Positions 28,393 through 37,524 of a DNA stretch of 64,000 bases are shown here, piece by piece (within the stretch, counting starts at the first letter, position 1; every line of letters starts with the position of its first letter). The notes under the pieces are model-generated. The model was given only the letters and a program-made list of their open reading frames with translations. It had not been told where the DNA came from and did not search any database. A program made the position numbers and the translations under genes. Origin of the DNA: Opitutales bacterium (GTDB lineage Bacteria > Verrucomicrobiota > Verrucomicrobiia > Opitutales > Seribacteraceae); assembly GCA_038106225.1 (NCBI GenBank), contig JAYODK010000001.1, forward strand, positions 2,413 to 66,412, given 5' to 3'.

Positions 28393-29994
28393 TCAAACTT
28401 TGGTCATTGGGGCATAACGGTAGTAGACTTCTAGCATCAGAATAGTCATAGTTGTTCGATACAAATCTGAATCACCGTGAAAATGGTAACCATGGGGCCA
28501 ATGTCCATCAGATGCCTGGGCCTTTACTACCACTTGCTGAAAGTTTTTGTTCCATTCCCTCCAGTATTTACTGCTTCCTGCACCAGTTGATTGGAAACAT
28601 GCCTGTGCGTGATAGTACCATTCGTAAACATCAACATTTTTCCAGTCCTCGTGAAGGCGTTTTTCGACAATAAAATCTAGGCCTTTTTTGGCTTCAGATG
28701 AATTAGCATTTTTCCAAATCTGTAGGCTTAAAACACCGGTGCCAGTAAGAGATCCATGACCAGAACCTCCACCATGTTTCTCGATCATATATTGAAACCT
28801 TCCAGATGCGTCTTGGCACTTCTTAACATATTCAACTGCTTTATCCATTGCCTCATCAACCGAAAGATCACTAATTCCCGTTAAAGCAAAAGCCTTAAGG
28901 GCCTGTATGCACCATCCAGAGACGGAAAGATCTACATGAGCACCCACCCCAAGGCCATAACTATAAGCCCATCCACCGTTAGGGTTTTGCCCATCAATAA
29001 CAACCTTGGCAGCTCTTTTGGCAAATTCTTTTAACTTTGGGATTTTAGTCATGGTATAAGCTTCACATAGGGCATAGGTCCTAATCGCATGAGAATAAGC
29101 ACCTCTTCCGCCCGAACTTAATCCAAGGAATTTTCCACTATCATCATAACTTGCAGATTTGTCAGCCGGTGTGGAGGTTAGAAAATCGATACCTCGCTTA
29201 ACTGTTTCACCAAATTCAGGAGAATCCTGAAGCTCGCAATGTCCTAAGAATGCAAGTAGTGCCATCGCAGTCATTGCGTCGCGGTGCTCTGGATATCCTC
29301 CAAATTTCTCACCTTTATCGTCTTTATCCTGCTTTCCCCATCCACCGTCAGAATCCTGCACGCTCTTGAGCCAATTCAATCCCTTTACAATCGCGTCTTC
29401 AGTCATGTCACGCCCTCCGCCAGAGCGTAACCTTTCCACCCGCTTTTTGGGATCGCATCGTTGTTGCATGACCTTAGGGAGGCTCATCTTAATTCCTTTC
29501 AGGGCACTCTTCATGGCTTCGTTATTCATGCTTGCCTGAGTCATTTGGGGCGGAGCAGCCTCAACAACTGGGGCAAGGTCTTTAACATCCAATTCATTAA
29601 AATCGGGTAAAGAGATTTCAGATATTGTGGTAGTTTTAAATTCTGACTTTGAGGAAGGAGTCGCCTTTTTTTGGCGCTGCATTAATTTTTGCATTTGTTT
29701 TTGTACTTGCTGCTGTTGTTGAGCAGCAGGTGGACCTGCCTCGCCGAAGTCAGAATCCCCTTCTTCCCCAACATGAACAACAATGGTCCAAGCGAGCATA
29801 AACCCAATAATTCCTACGATAATACCGAGGGATAGTAGTAAACTATTAAGCAATCTGTATTCGCGAAGATATTTCCCGAATGCACTTTCGACTTGGGGTG
29901 CTAAGATTACTGATTCCGAATCTTCTTCATCTTCAAATGCCGAATCTACCTCATCAAAAACTTCCTCTTCTTCATCTTCTGGTTCACTTTCCAT
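28393..29994 (-). CDS. Membrane-anchored QW-repeat (prenyltransferase/squalene-cyclase-like alpha/alpha-toroid) protein
   Basis: 533 aa. Acidic N-terminus, one TM (LLLSLGIIVGIIGFMLAWTIVV), then a Gln/Lys-rich linker. Repeated QW-type motifs follow: VQDSDGGWG, GQNPNGGWAY, CQDASGRFQY, AQASDGHWPH. Confidence 0.8.
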   Translation of the reverse strand: MESEPEDEEEEVFDEVDSAFEDEEDSESVILAPQVESAFGKYLREYRLLNSLLLSLGIIVGIIGFMLAWTIVVHVGEEGDSDFGEAGPPAAQQQQQVQKQMQKLMQRQKKATPSSKSEFKTTTISEISLPDFNELDVKDLAPVVEAAPPQMTQASMNNEAMKSALKGIKMSLPKVMQQRCDPKKRVERLRSGGGRDMTEDAIVKGLNWLKSVQDSDGGWGKQDKDDKGEKFGGYPEHRDAMTAMALLAFLGHCELQDSPEFGETVKRGIDFLTSTPADKSASYDDSGKFLGLSSGGRGAYSHAIRTYALCEAYTMTKIPKLKEFAKRAAKVVIDGQNPNGGWAYSYGLGVGAHVDLSVSGWCIQALKAFALTGISDLSVDEAMDKAVEYVKKCQDASGRFQYMIEKHGGGSGHGSLTGTGVLSLQIWKNANSSEAKKGLDFIVEKRLHEDWKNVDVYEWYYHAQACFQSTGAGSSKYWREWNKNFQQVVVKAQASDGHWPHGYHFHGDSDLYRTTMTILMLEVYYRYAPMTKV

Positions 29995-30114
29995 GTAGGA
30001 ATAATTGAAAGAAGTAGATTATGAGTCAATATTTCAAGCACCAGTCCATTGGAGAATTAAATTTTCTCGTTCAGTTTGCGTTTACCCAAGTTTTCATTTG
30101 AGTAAACTATCTTG

Positions 30115-30882
30115 ATGATATTTCTTCCTGAAGATTCAAAGAAAAGACTAGAAAACCATCCGATTTTCAGAGGTTTACAGACAATCGAGCAATTGCGTGC
30201 CTTTATGGAATTGCATGTTTACGCTGTTTGGGATTTCATGTCCTTGCTCAAAGAACTTCAGTCAAAGATCGCACCTCAAGGATCTCCCTGGTTGCCTAAT
30301 AAAAATACCCAAATAGTCAGGCTTATTAACGAGATTGTGCTTGAAGAAGAGTCAGATACTGCTCGCCCTGATTCCAAAAATGAATACGCCAGCCATTTTG
30401 AAATGTATTTGATGGCAATGGAAGAAATTGGAGCATCCACTATTAAAATCAATAGTTTCCTTGAGGCGGTAGAAACTTCAGGGATAGAAAATGTATTAGA
30501 AAATAAAATTGCTCCTGTTCCTGTTCAAAAATTTTTAGAGTCAACATTTGAAATTATTCGAAGCGGAAAAGTTCATGAAATTGCCGCTTCTTTTGCATAT
30601 GGACGCGAAAACATTGTTCCAGTAATGTTCTCTAGAATTCTTGAAAATTGCCAAGTAAAACCTGATCAAGCACCCTTATTTCACTACTATCTAGAAAGGC
30701 ATGCAGAACTAGATTCTGAGCAACATGGCCCTATGTCAGACAGGTTAGTTTCTTGGCTAGTTAACGAAGACCCAGTCAAAAAACAAGAGGTTTTGAATGC
30801 AGCCCAAAAGAGCATTAATGCTAGGATTGATCTATGGGAAAATGTAAATCAGGCTATCACAAATTTAATAAATGTCCCTTAG
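30115..30882 (+). CDS. DUF3050-family protein (haem-oxygenase-like helical fold family)
   Basis: 255 aa from the ATG at 30115 (a TTG at 30112 is also possible). MELHVYAVWDFMSLLKELQ and the overall helical pattern match my recollection of DUF3050. Function unknown. Confidence 0.7.
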   Translation: MIFLPEDSKKRLENHPIFRGLQTIEQLRAFMELHVYAVWDFMSLLKELQSKIAPQGSPWLPNKNTQIVRLINEIVLEEESDTARPDSKNEYASHFEMYLMAMEEIGASTIKINSFLEAVETSGIENVLENKIAPVPVQKFLESTFEIIRSGKVHEIAASFAYGRENIVPVMFSRILENCQVKPDQAPLFHYYLERHAELDSEQHGPMSDRLVSWLVNEDPVKKQEVLNAAQKSINARIDLWENVNQAITNLINVP

Positions 30883-31769
30883 GCTAGTTCGATCTCAATA
30901 GTAAATTCTTCCCGAGCCCCAGGAGAAACATATTCCATCGCATTGTTTTCAGGAGCATTGGGAGGTGACATCCATGGCTCCAAACAGAAATATGGGCTAT
31001 TTGCTTTAGCCCAAGAAACATATGTAAGGCGGGAACCCTTTCCGCTCCAACTGGCTTCGCTTATGCGTAATATCTCTTCCGCATTCAGGAGGGATAATTC
31101 GGCGGCTGGGGATGATAACTGGTAATGAATGCGGTTAATTAATCTCTCGTCACTCAACGGCATCGGATACTTGCACTTCGGGTTTTCTATTAATGTGCCA
31201 CCCTCTTCATACTGGTAAGTTTTGGCTGCATCAATGTTGAGTATATGATTTTCTAGGGAAAGATCTTTACGCCAAGGAACTTGAAAATAAGGGTGCAGTC
31301 CGGCCGACCAAGGTATTGGAATTCTTCCCTCATTTTCAAGAATCAAACTAATCTGAAGTGAAAGCTCAAGAAAATGATAAATTACCGTAAAGGTGTAATC
31401 AAAAGGATAAAATGATTGGAAACGATCTTCATGGACCATTTCTACCTCAAAGCCTGTATGATCGATGGATCGGATTCGAAAAGAGGCATCTTTGGCAAAG
31501 CCATGTTTTGGCATAGAAAATATCTTTCCATTTTGTGCTCGCCACTTCCTATCTTCTCCCTGATGAGAGCAGGTTCCACAAAATGGAAAAAGGACAGGAA
31601 TACCGCCATGAACATTTGAGAAATTATCATCATCGATAGATTCTGGCCAAAAAATTACATCTCTAACTGAACCATCTCCCATGTTGACATGCCAATTTAA
31701 CAGGCGTGCACCTTTTTCTGGAAGGACAAGGAATGTGGATGGCCCAACATCCCATCTTTTAATTTCCAT
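30879..31769 (-). CDS. Aldose 1-epimerase-family (mutarotase-like) protein
   Basis: 296 aa from the ATG at 31769 (MEIKRWDVGPSTFLVLPEKGARLLNW). GGIPVLFPFCG and GLHPYF are typical of the aldose-epimerase superfamily. The ORF-track start at 31832 is less likely. Confidence 0.75.
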   Translation of the reverse strand: MEIKRWDVGPSTFLVLPEKGARLLNWHVNMGDGSVRDVIFWPESIDDDNFSNVHGGIPVLFPFCGTCSHQGEDRKWRAQNGKIFSMPKHGFAKDASFRIRSIDHTGFEVEMVHEDRFQSFYPFDYTFTVIYHFLELSLQISLILENEGRIPIPWSAGLHPYFQVPWRKDLSLENHILNIDAAKTYQYEEGGTLIENPKCKYPMPLSDERLINRIHYQLSSPAAELSLLNAEEILRISEASWSGKGSRLTYVSWAKANSPYFCLEPWMSPPNAPENNAMEYVSPGAREEFTIEIELA

Positions 31770-31866
31770 GTTTTGGTAATTTATTGTTTCCAAGATAATT
31801 ATTGAACTGAACTTTCTTTCCTGTTTGCGCAATGTAATTCAAACGACAAATATATATAGGGTAACA

Positions 31867-33333
31867 ATGTTGATGCATTCCTTGAGCTTAATCCTTTTTT
31901 TGACGGCCTCATTATTGCCAAGTTCCTTGGCCGTTGAAAATGTGAGTAATCAAAGTTTGGAAAGCACGGAAAATTTAGCAAAAACGGAACCTAAAACCGC
32001 ATTTATCATTCCAGTTCAAGATCAAATAGGGCCACCTATCCTTGATATACTCAGGCGTGGAATGAAGGAGGCAATTTCTTCCGATGCGGACTTAGTTATC
32101 TTGGACATGGATACTCCAGGGGGTGAGCTTGGTGTTACTTTGGAAATAATGCAGGAGATTTTGGATTCGGTCGATTCCTGGAATGGAAAAGTGCTTACTT
32201 ATGTCAATAAAGAAGCAATCTCCGCAGGTGCGTATATCGCTATTGCCACTCAGGAAATAGCATTTGCACCGTTTTCTCAGATTGGTGCAGCCGAGGCAGT
32301 AAGCGGGGGAGGTGGGGAAATTGACCCCTCTATGAAAAGAAAAATCAATTCTTACCTTAAAGCCAAAATCCGAAACTTTGCTGGTGCATACAAGTATCGT
32401 TCCAAAGTTATGGCAGCGATGATGGATGCCAATGTGAGTCTAATTATTGAGGGAGAGCCACTAAAGGCGGCGGATGGATCTCTGATCAAAAATCCGGGGG
32501 AACTGCTGACTCTTACCGGAGAGGAGGCAGTGAAGCAATATGGGACCCCCCCCCAGCCTTTATTGGGTATTGGCGTTTTTGGCAGCTTAGACGAATTACT
32601 CGATCAAAGATGGGGACCGGCAAATTATAAAATCGTAAAAATGCAATTGAATTGGGCTGAGGATATAGGTCTTTGGCTAAATGGAATTGCTCCATTTCTA
32701 TTAAGTGTTGGCTTAGTTCTTTTATTTATTGAATTTAAAACACCGGGCTTTGGAATATTCGGAATCTTAGGAATTGGATTTATTGTAGTTTTTTTTGGTT
32801 CGAAATATGTTGCCGGACTTGCTGGGCAAGAAGAGTTACTAATTTTTCTGCTGGGATTCTGTTTAGTTTTAGTTGAGATTTTTTTATCACCAGGGTTGTT
32901 TTTACCCGCAGTACTTGGTTTAGTAATGATGTTTGGATCTTTGCTCTGGGCAACGGTAGATATATGGCCGGGGCAAGAAATTGACTGGTCTATTGAACTT
33001 GTCCGATTACCCCTGATAGAATTAGCCCAATCATTTGCAATGGCAATTGTACTAGGATATGTGGCGATAAAGATAATGGGCAAAACCCCGATGGGAAAAT
33101 CTATGATTTTAAAAACCACTATAGGTGAAAATAAAAACCGTATTTTCCATGAACAAATTTATGTTGGTAAAACAGGTGTGACCCTGACCGAATTATATCC
33201 GGTGGGCAAAGTAGAGATTGATGGAAAAACCTACGAAGCCCGAGCTCAAGCAGGTAAAATTCAAAAGGGAGAAAAAATAAAAGTTCTTCAAAAAACTGAC
33301 TTTGAATTATCAGTTGATCGAGAAATATCTTAA
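31867..33333 (+). CDS. NfeD-family membrane-bound ClpP-class serine protease (YqeZ-like)
   Basis: 488 aa from the ATG at 31867. It has a signal peptide, a ClpP-like domain (LDMDTPGGELG, NKEAISAGAYIAIA), several TM helices and a C-terminal OB-like region (GKVEIDGKTYEARA). Confidence 0.85.
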   Translation: MLMHSLSLILFLTASLLPSSLAVENVSNQSLESTENLAKTEPKTAFIIPVQDQIGPPILDILRRGMKEAISSDADLVILDMDTPGGELGVTLEIMQEILDSVDSWNGKVLTYVNKEAISAGAYIAIATQEIAFAPFSQIGAAEAVSGGGGEIDPSMKRKINSYLKAKIRNFAGAYKYRSKVMAAMMDANVSLIIEGEPLKAADGSLIKNPGELLTLTGEEAVKQYGTPPQPLLGIGVFGSLDELLDQRWGPANYKIVKMQLNWAEDIGLWLNGIAPFLLSVGLVLLFIEFKTPGFGIFGILGIGFIVVFFGSKYVAGLAGQEELLIFLLGFCLVLVEIFLSPGLFLPAVLGLVMMFGSLLWATVDIWPGQEIDWSIELVRLPLIELAQSFAMAIVLGYVAIKIMGKTPMGKSMILKTTIGENKNRIFHEQIYVGKTGVTLTELYPVGKVEIDGKTYEARAQAGKIQKGEKIKVLQKTDFELSVDREIS

Positions 33334-33334
33334 A

Positions 33335-33799
33335 ATGACAAATATAATCATGGCATTGCTATTTGGCTTTCTGCTTATTGCACTGGAGTCACTGGTTCCT
33401 GGTGGTGTACTTGGATTGCTTGGATTCATTTGCTTATTAGCTTCCTCTTATTTTGCTCATTTGGAATATGGAGGTTGGATCATTCCCTTGGCTGTCCTTC
33501 TGCTTGGCGGGTTTGGTGGAGTAATGCTGATTTTCTTTCAGTTCAGATGGCTTTCATCCAGCAAGATGGGTAAAAACATGTTTGTTCATGCAACAAGTGG
33601 GAAAATTAAAAGAAAAGATGGATTAATGGAACTTATTGGAAAAACAGCAATTGCCCAGACCGACCATCATCCCGAAGGTTTGATAAAATTTAAAAATATT
33701 ACTTACGACTCCTTTTGTAGTAGTGGCTACATTCCTAAGGGCTCAAAGGTAGAAATAACCAAGGTTGATGCCTTTCGCTTGATTGTTAAGCCTATTTAA
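33335..33799 (+). CDS. Short NfeD-family protein (TM helices + C-terminal OB domain)
   Basis: 154 aa from the ATG at 33335, 1 nt after the previous stop. Three hydrophobic helices, then GLIKFKNITYDSFCSSGYIPKGSKVEITKVDAFRLIVKP. Confidence 0.75.
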   Translation: MTNIIMALLFGFLLIALESLVPGGVLGLLGFICLLASSYFAHLEYGGWIIPLAVLLLGGFGGVMLIFFQFRWLSSSKMGKNMFVHATSGKIKRKDGLMELIGKTAIAQTDHHPEGLIKFKNITYDSFCSSGYIPKGSKVEITKVDAFRLIVKPI

Positions 33800-33844
33800 T
33801 TTTTTCTATTTATTTAATTATAAGTTTTTAACACCTTTTACTTA

Positions 33845-34837
33845 ATGAACGAATTAATTTCATGGATCGTTATCGGGGTTCTTTTGATACTGGGGCTCGT
33901 TTTTTCTTTAATAATAATTTCCTTTTTCAGCACTTGGCTAAAGGCCTTTCTTGCCCGGGCCCCGGTAAGCTTCGCTACCCTTTTGGCAATGAGATTGAGG
34001 GGCGTGCCGGTGGGGTTAATTGTTGATGCCCGAGTTACTGCGGTAAAAGCAAGTATTCCATTGGACACAGACCAGTTAGAGGCTCATTATCTGGCGGAAG
34101 GAAATGTAGTTCAAACCGTTCAAGCCCTGATTGCAGCATCCAAGGCTAGTATTGAGCTTTCTTGGGATAGGGCTTGTGCTATTGATTTAGCTACAAGAGG
34201 AACAAGCAAGTCTGTGCTTGAGGCGGTGCGAACATCAATCAATCCCAAAGTAATTGACTGTAAGATTGAGGGAAGGGATACAATAGATGGTGTGGCTAAG
34301 GATGGTATTCAAGTTAAGGTTCGGGCACGTGTCACAGTTCGTAGTAATCTCGATCGGTATGTTGGAAGTGCCCAGGAAGAAACCGTTATTGCACGTGTAG
34401 GTGAAAGCATAGTTTCAACGATTGGTTCTTCTGAGAATTACAAAGTGGTCTTAGAAAATCCTAATCAAATCACTCAACAAGTTCTTAACCGCGGACTTGA
34501 CCAAGGCACGGCTTTTGAAATATTATCAATAGATATTGCGGATGTTGACTTGGGCGAGAATCGTGGGGCTGCTTTACGCTCTTCACAGGCTGCAGCAGAT
34601 AAAGAAGTAGCTCAGGCACAAGCAGAAATTAGAAGAGCCGCTGCGGTGGCTCTTGAGCAGGAAAACAAAGCCAAGGTACAGGAAATGCAGGCCAAGTTAG
34701 TAGAGGCGGAAGCACAAATACCCCTTGCCATGGCTGAGGCATTTCGCAGCGGGAATCTTGGTATTATGGATTACTATAAGATGCGCAACATTGAAGCGGA
34801 TACGGAAATGCGAGAGAGTATTTCCAATGAAAAATAA
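33845..34837 (+). CDS. floA: Flotillin-like protein FloA (YqfA/UPF0365 family)
   Basis: 330 aa. N-terminal membrane hairpin, then [25 protein letters not shown] and an SPFH-like core. Ala/Glu-rich coiled coil [36 protein letters not shown]. Confidence 0.88.
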   Translation: MNELISWIVIGVLLILGLVFSLIIISFFSTWLKAFLARAPVSFATLLAMRLRGVPVGLIVDARVTAVKASIPLDTDQLEAHYLAEGNVVQTVQALIAASKASIELSWDRACAIDLATRGTSKSVLEAVRTSINPKVIDCKIEGRDTIDGVAKDGIQVKVRARVTVRSNLDRYVGSAQEETVIARVGESIVSTIGSSENYKVVLENPNQITQQVLNRGLDQGTAFEILSIDIADVDLGENRGAALRSSQAAADKEVAQAQAEIRRAAAVALEQENKAKVQEMQAKLVEAEAQIPLAMAEAFRSGNLGIMDYYKMRNIEADTEMRESISNEK

Positions 34838-34873
34838 ACCTTTTTACTATCTCATCTTGTAAAACTCACGCAA

Positions 34874-35359
34874 ATGCCAGACATCCCCATTGATACATTA
34901 TTTATTGTTGGGCTACTAATTGCCTCTTTCATTGGCAAATGGATGGAAAATAAAGCGAAAAAAAATAAGAATTTTCCTGCGAATGAAAAGCAAACTACAA
35001 AAAAGGATGACGGGGAACAATCAGAGCAAAAAACCCTGAGTGATCTTCTTAGAGAAACCTTCGTTGATGTTCTTGAGCCTGAACCTGTTCCTTCTCAAAA
35101 TAAATCCTTAAAAAATGCAAAGGACTTTGCAGATCCGGTTTTACCAAAAAGAAGCAAACTAACCTCTCCCCACTTTGAATCGCATAGTAAGCAAGAAATG
35201 GCTGATTGTAACCAAATCGATGATTTCAAAGTTGAATTAGTTTCAACACGCCATTGGTTGAAACATTATGCTCTTGGTTCGAAAAGATCCTTAAGGAGGG
35301 CATTTATTGTTAAAGAAGTGTTAGATCAACCTCGAGGTTTAAGAGGATCTATTTTTTAG
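34874..35359 (+). CDS. Hypothetical membrane-anchored protein (last gene of flotillin operon)
   Basis: 161 aa. N-terminal TM (LFIVGLLIASFIG), a charged low-complexity middle and a basic C-terminus. No recognisable domain. Confidence 0.55.
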   Translation: MPDIPIDTLFIVGLLIASFIGKWMENKAKKNKNFPANEKQTTKKDDGEQSEQKTLSDLLRETFVDVLEPEPVPSQNKSLKNAKDFADPVLPKRSKLTSPHFESHSKQEMADCNQIDDFKVELVSTRHWLKHYALGSKRSLRRAFIVKEVLDQPRGLRGSIF

Positions 35360-35549
35360 CTTTATTAAATTTGCGTTTGATTGAAAAAGGTTTTTTGGCA
35401 TTTAAGCTCTCTTGTAACCCCTTTTTCATACACTTATTGTTCCAGCGACATGTACTTGGGAAAATACATTTTCTAATGATACAATTTTCTAAAACAAACC
35501 TTTTCATTTTCCGGAATTTAATTCTAGATTAACCAGTCATTTAATTAGG

Positions 35550-36962
35550 CTAACTAATCTTAGCCCAGTTTATACCCAGACTTTTAGCGAGCTGAATAAA
35601 CGAAAGAAAGGAAGATAACTTAATGGAGATTGCATTTCTCCTAGACTGCTCGTATTCATTGTAAATTTTTAGTAGATCAATTTTTGATATAAGACCTGCA
35701 TGATATTTATGTTCGGTCAATTTATACACTTTAAATTGTTCTTCTTTTAAATTTTCAGAAATTGCAAGGTTCTCTATTAATGATTGGTGATTAATGAGTG
35801 CACTCTCAATGTCTCTAACAGCATTTAGAATCGTTTTCTTCCACTCTAATTCAAGGATTTTTAGCTTTTGTTGATCAATAGCGAGTTGAGTTTTTCTTTT
35901 CGGACTCCACAAGGGAATATCAATTATTGGACCACCATTAAGTCTCCATTGATCAAAAGGTTTAGATAGATCACCAGTCATACCAATACCAGTAAAATTG
36001 AGATTTAATGATGGGTAGAGGTTAAGTATGGATGCTTTAGCCCGTTGAGATTGCGCCATAAGCCTTGCATATGAGGCTAATATGTCTGGTCTGCCTCGGA
36101 GGGCAATTGATGGTAATTTCTTTGGTAAATCTGGTATCGGCTCATTAGAAAAAATTCTTACATTAGAAAAATTATAATCTAATGTACCTCCCAATATTGT
36201 TTGAAGACCAGTTTTATAAACGGCTTTTTTACTTTTTACACGATTATACTCCAAAACCAGTTGCTTAATCTCGTTCTCCATTACTATCAGGCTTTCATTC
36301 CCATCCAAACCAGCATGATATTTATGAAGATGTAAAATGTGAGCTTCGTGGTGGTTCTTTATTAAATTTTCTACGCAAGAAAGATCTTCTGTTTGAAATT
36401 CGTACTGATACCATAATTTCGCAATCTCATAAATGAGAGTAAGTTTGGCACCATCCCGAATGTGGGTTTCATTGATGATTGTGTGATCAGCTTCTTTCTT
36501 GCGGGCAGACCATTTTCCCCATAAATCTATCTCCCAACCTAAAACTGCCTTTGATTTCAATTCGGGAGTTTTGCTAGTTTTGAAATCAGACTCCCGAGTG
36601 GATTCTCTACCAGGTAACCATCCCAGAGAACTGTTGAATTTGGGTTTTATATCGTCTGTTAATAATCCAACACTTTCTTTAACTTCGTCCACTTTTGCCA
36701 ATTGGGCTAACCATCCAGGATTTTCCTTTAATGCTTTATCTACAAGATTTATAATTTCAGGACTTAAACCAAGCGTCTGAAAGAACAAGTTATCACTACT
36801 ATTTTGTTCTTTTGAGTTTATTGAAAATAAATGATCGGGGGGAAACTTTGCTTCCTTGGAAGGGTTAAATTTCTTGAGCCCAGAGGAAACGCAACCATTT
36901 AGTAGGCAAATAGTTACGAAATATAAATAAAATTTCAATATAAAAGTTGATTTAATTCCCAT
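35550..36962 (-). CDS. TolC-family outer-membrane efflux protein (possible NodT-type lipoprotein)
   Basis: 470 aa. The signal sequence ends ...LLNGC. Two-repeat helical/beta architecture of outer-membrane efflux protein length. Last gene of the efflux operon. Confidence 0.85.
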   Translation of the reverse strand: MGIKSTFILKFYLYFVTICLLNGCVSSGLKKFNPSKEAKFPPDHLFSINSKEQNSSDNLFFQTLGLSPEIINLVDKALKENPGWLAQLAKVDEVKESVGLLTDDIKPKFNSSLGWLPGRESTRESDFKTSKTPELKSKAVLGWEIDLWGKWSARKKEADHTIINETHIRDGAKLTLIYEIAKLWYQYEFQTEDLSCVENLIKNHHEAHILHLHKYHAGLDGNESLIVMENEIKQLVLEYNRVKSKKAVYKTGLQTILGGTLDYNFSNVRIFSNEPIPDLPKKLPSIALRGRPDILASYARLMAQSQRAKASILNLYPSLNLNFTGIGMTGDLSKPFDQWRLNGGPIIDIPLWSPKRKTQLAIDQQKLKILELEWKKTILNAVRDIESALINHQSLIENLAISENLKEEQFKVYKLTEHKYHAGLISKIDLLKIYNEYEQSRRNAISIKLSSFLSFIQLAKSLGINWAKIS

Positions 36963-37516
36963 TACAATACTTGAATAAGTGTGGCATTTAAAAGCATTGC
37001 ATCAGGAATTGAATTTGAGTCTACAATACCTTTAACTTTTATTTCTCTTCCTGGTTTTAGACCTCTTACGCCGTTTAAATTTCCGTGTATTAATGTGTCA
37101 TTATTATCTAAAAGTTGAATACATATTGATCCCCTAAGCAATTTTTTCCGATCTTCACAACATGCATCCCATGGTGTTGGGCAATTATCACCAGGAATTT
37201 TATCGCATGTCTTGATAGAATCATCCCCAAGCAGAAAGCTTGCACGGTTAGATGTAAATGGTTCAACTCGTCCTCCAATAAAGCCTTTTATTAATAACAT
37301 TGTTCCTGCTTTGTTGTGAGACTTTGCCTGAATAACCGAAATAGATGGTCCAAGCTCGTCGTCAGTAAAGAATTTATCGGCAATTTTGGCCTTAACGGAC
37401 TCTACTTTTTTTGCATCTAATAATGTATTATCATGTTTGTGAAAATTTTCCATTAAATCACAGCCAATAAGAGCAGTCAAAAGTGGTACAATTGCTAAAA
37501 TATGATTTTTTTTCAT
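36962..37516 (-). CDS. Cys-rich lipoprotein of unknown function (efflux-operon member)
   Basis: 184 aa. Lipobox LTALIGC. Cys cluster C-x7-C-x6-CC-x11-C (KTCDKIPGDNCPTPWDACCEDRKKLLRGSIC), flanked by beta-rich segments. 1-nt overlap with the tolC-like gene. Confidence 0.7.
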   Translation of the reverse strand: MKKNHILAIVPLLTALIGCDLMENFHKHDNTLLDAKKVESVKAKIADKFFTDDELGPSISVIQAKSHNKAGTMLLIKGFIGGRVEPFTSNRASFLLGDDSIKTCDKIPGDNCPTPWDACCEDRKKLLRGSICIQLLDNNDTLIHGNLNGVRGLKPGREIKVKGIVDSNSIPDAMLLNATLIQVL

Positions 37517-37524
37517 GTTTTAAT

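Noticed and set aside
29317-29328. D-K-D-D in the QW-repeat protein, resembling the DxDD motif of class II terpene cyclases
   Set aside because: It sits in a Lys/Asp-rich, loop-like stretch (GKQDKDDKGEK). It lacks the hydrophobic/aromatic context and the following Thr/Ala of genuine DxDD(T/A) sites. It is probably coincidental, and alignment or structure prediction would be needed to claim catalysis.
32625-33119. 164-aa minus-strand ORF
   Set aside because: It is antisense to the membrane region of the long NfeD gene. This is a shadow ORF produced by the codon bias of hydrophobic segments.
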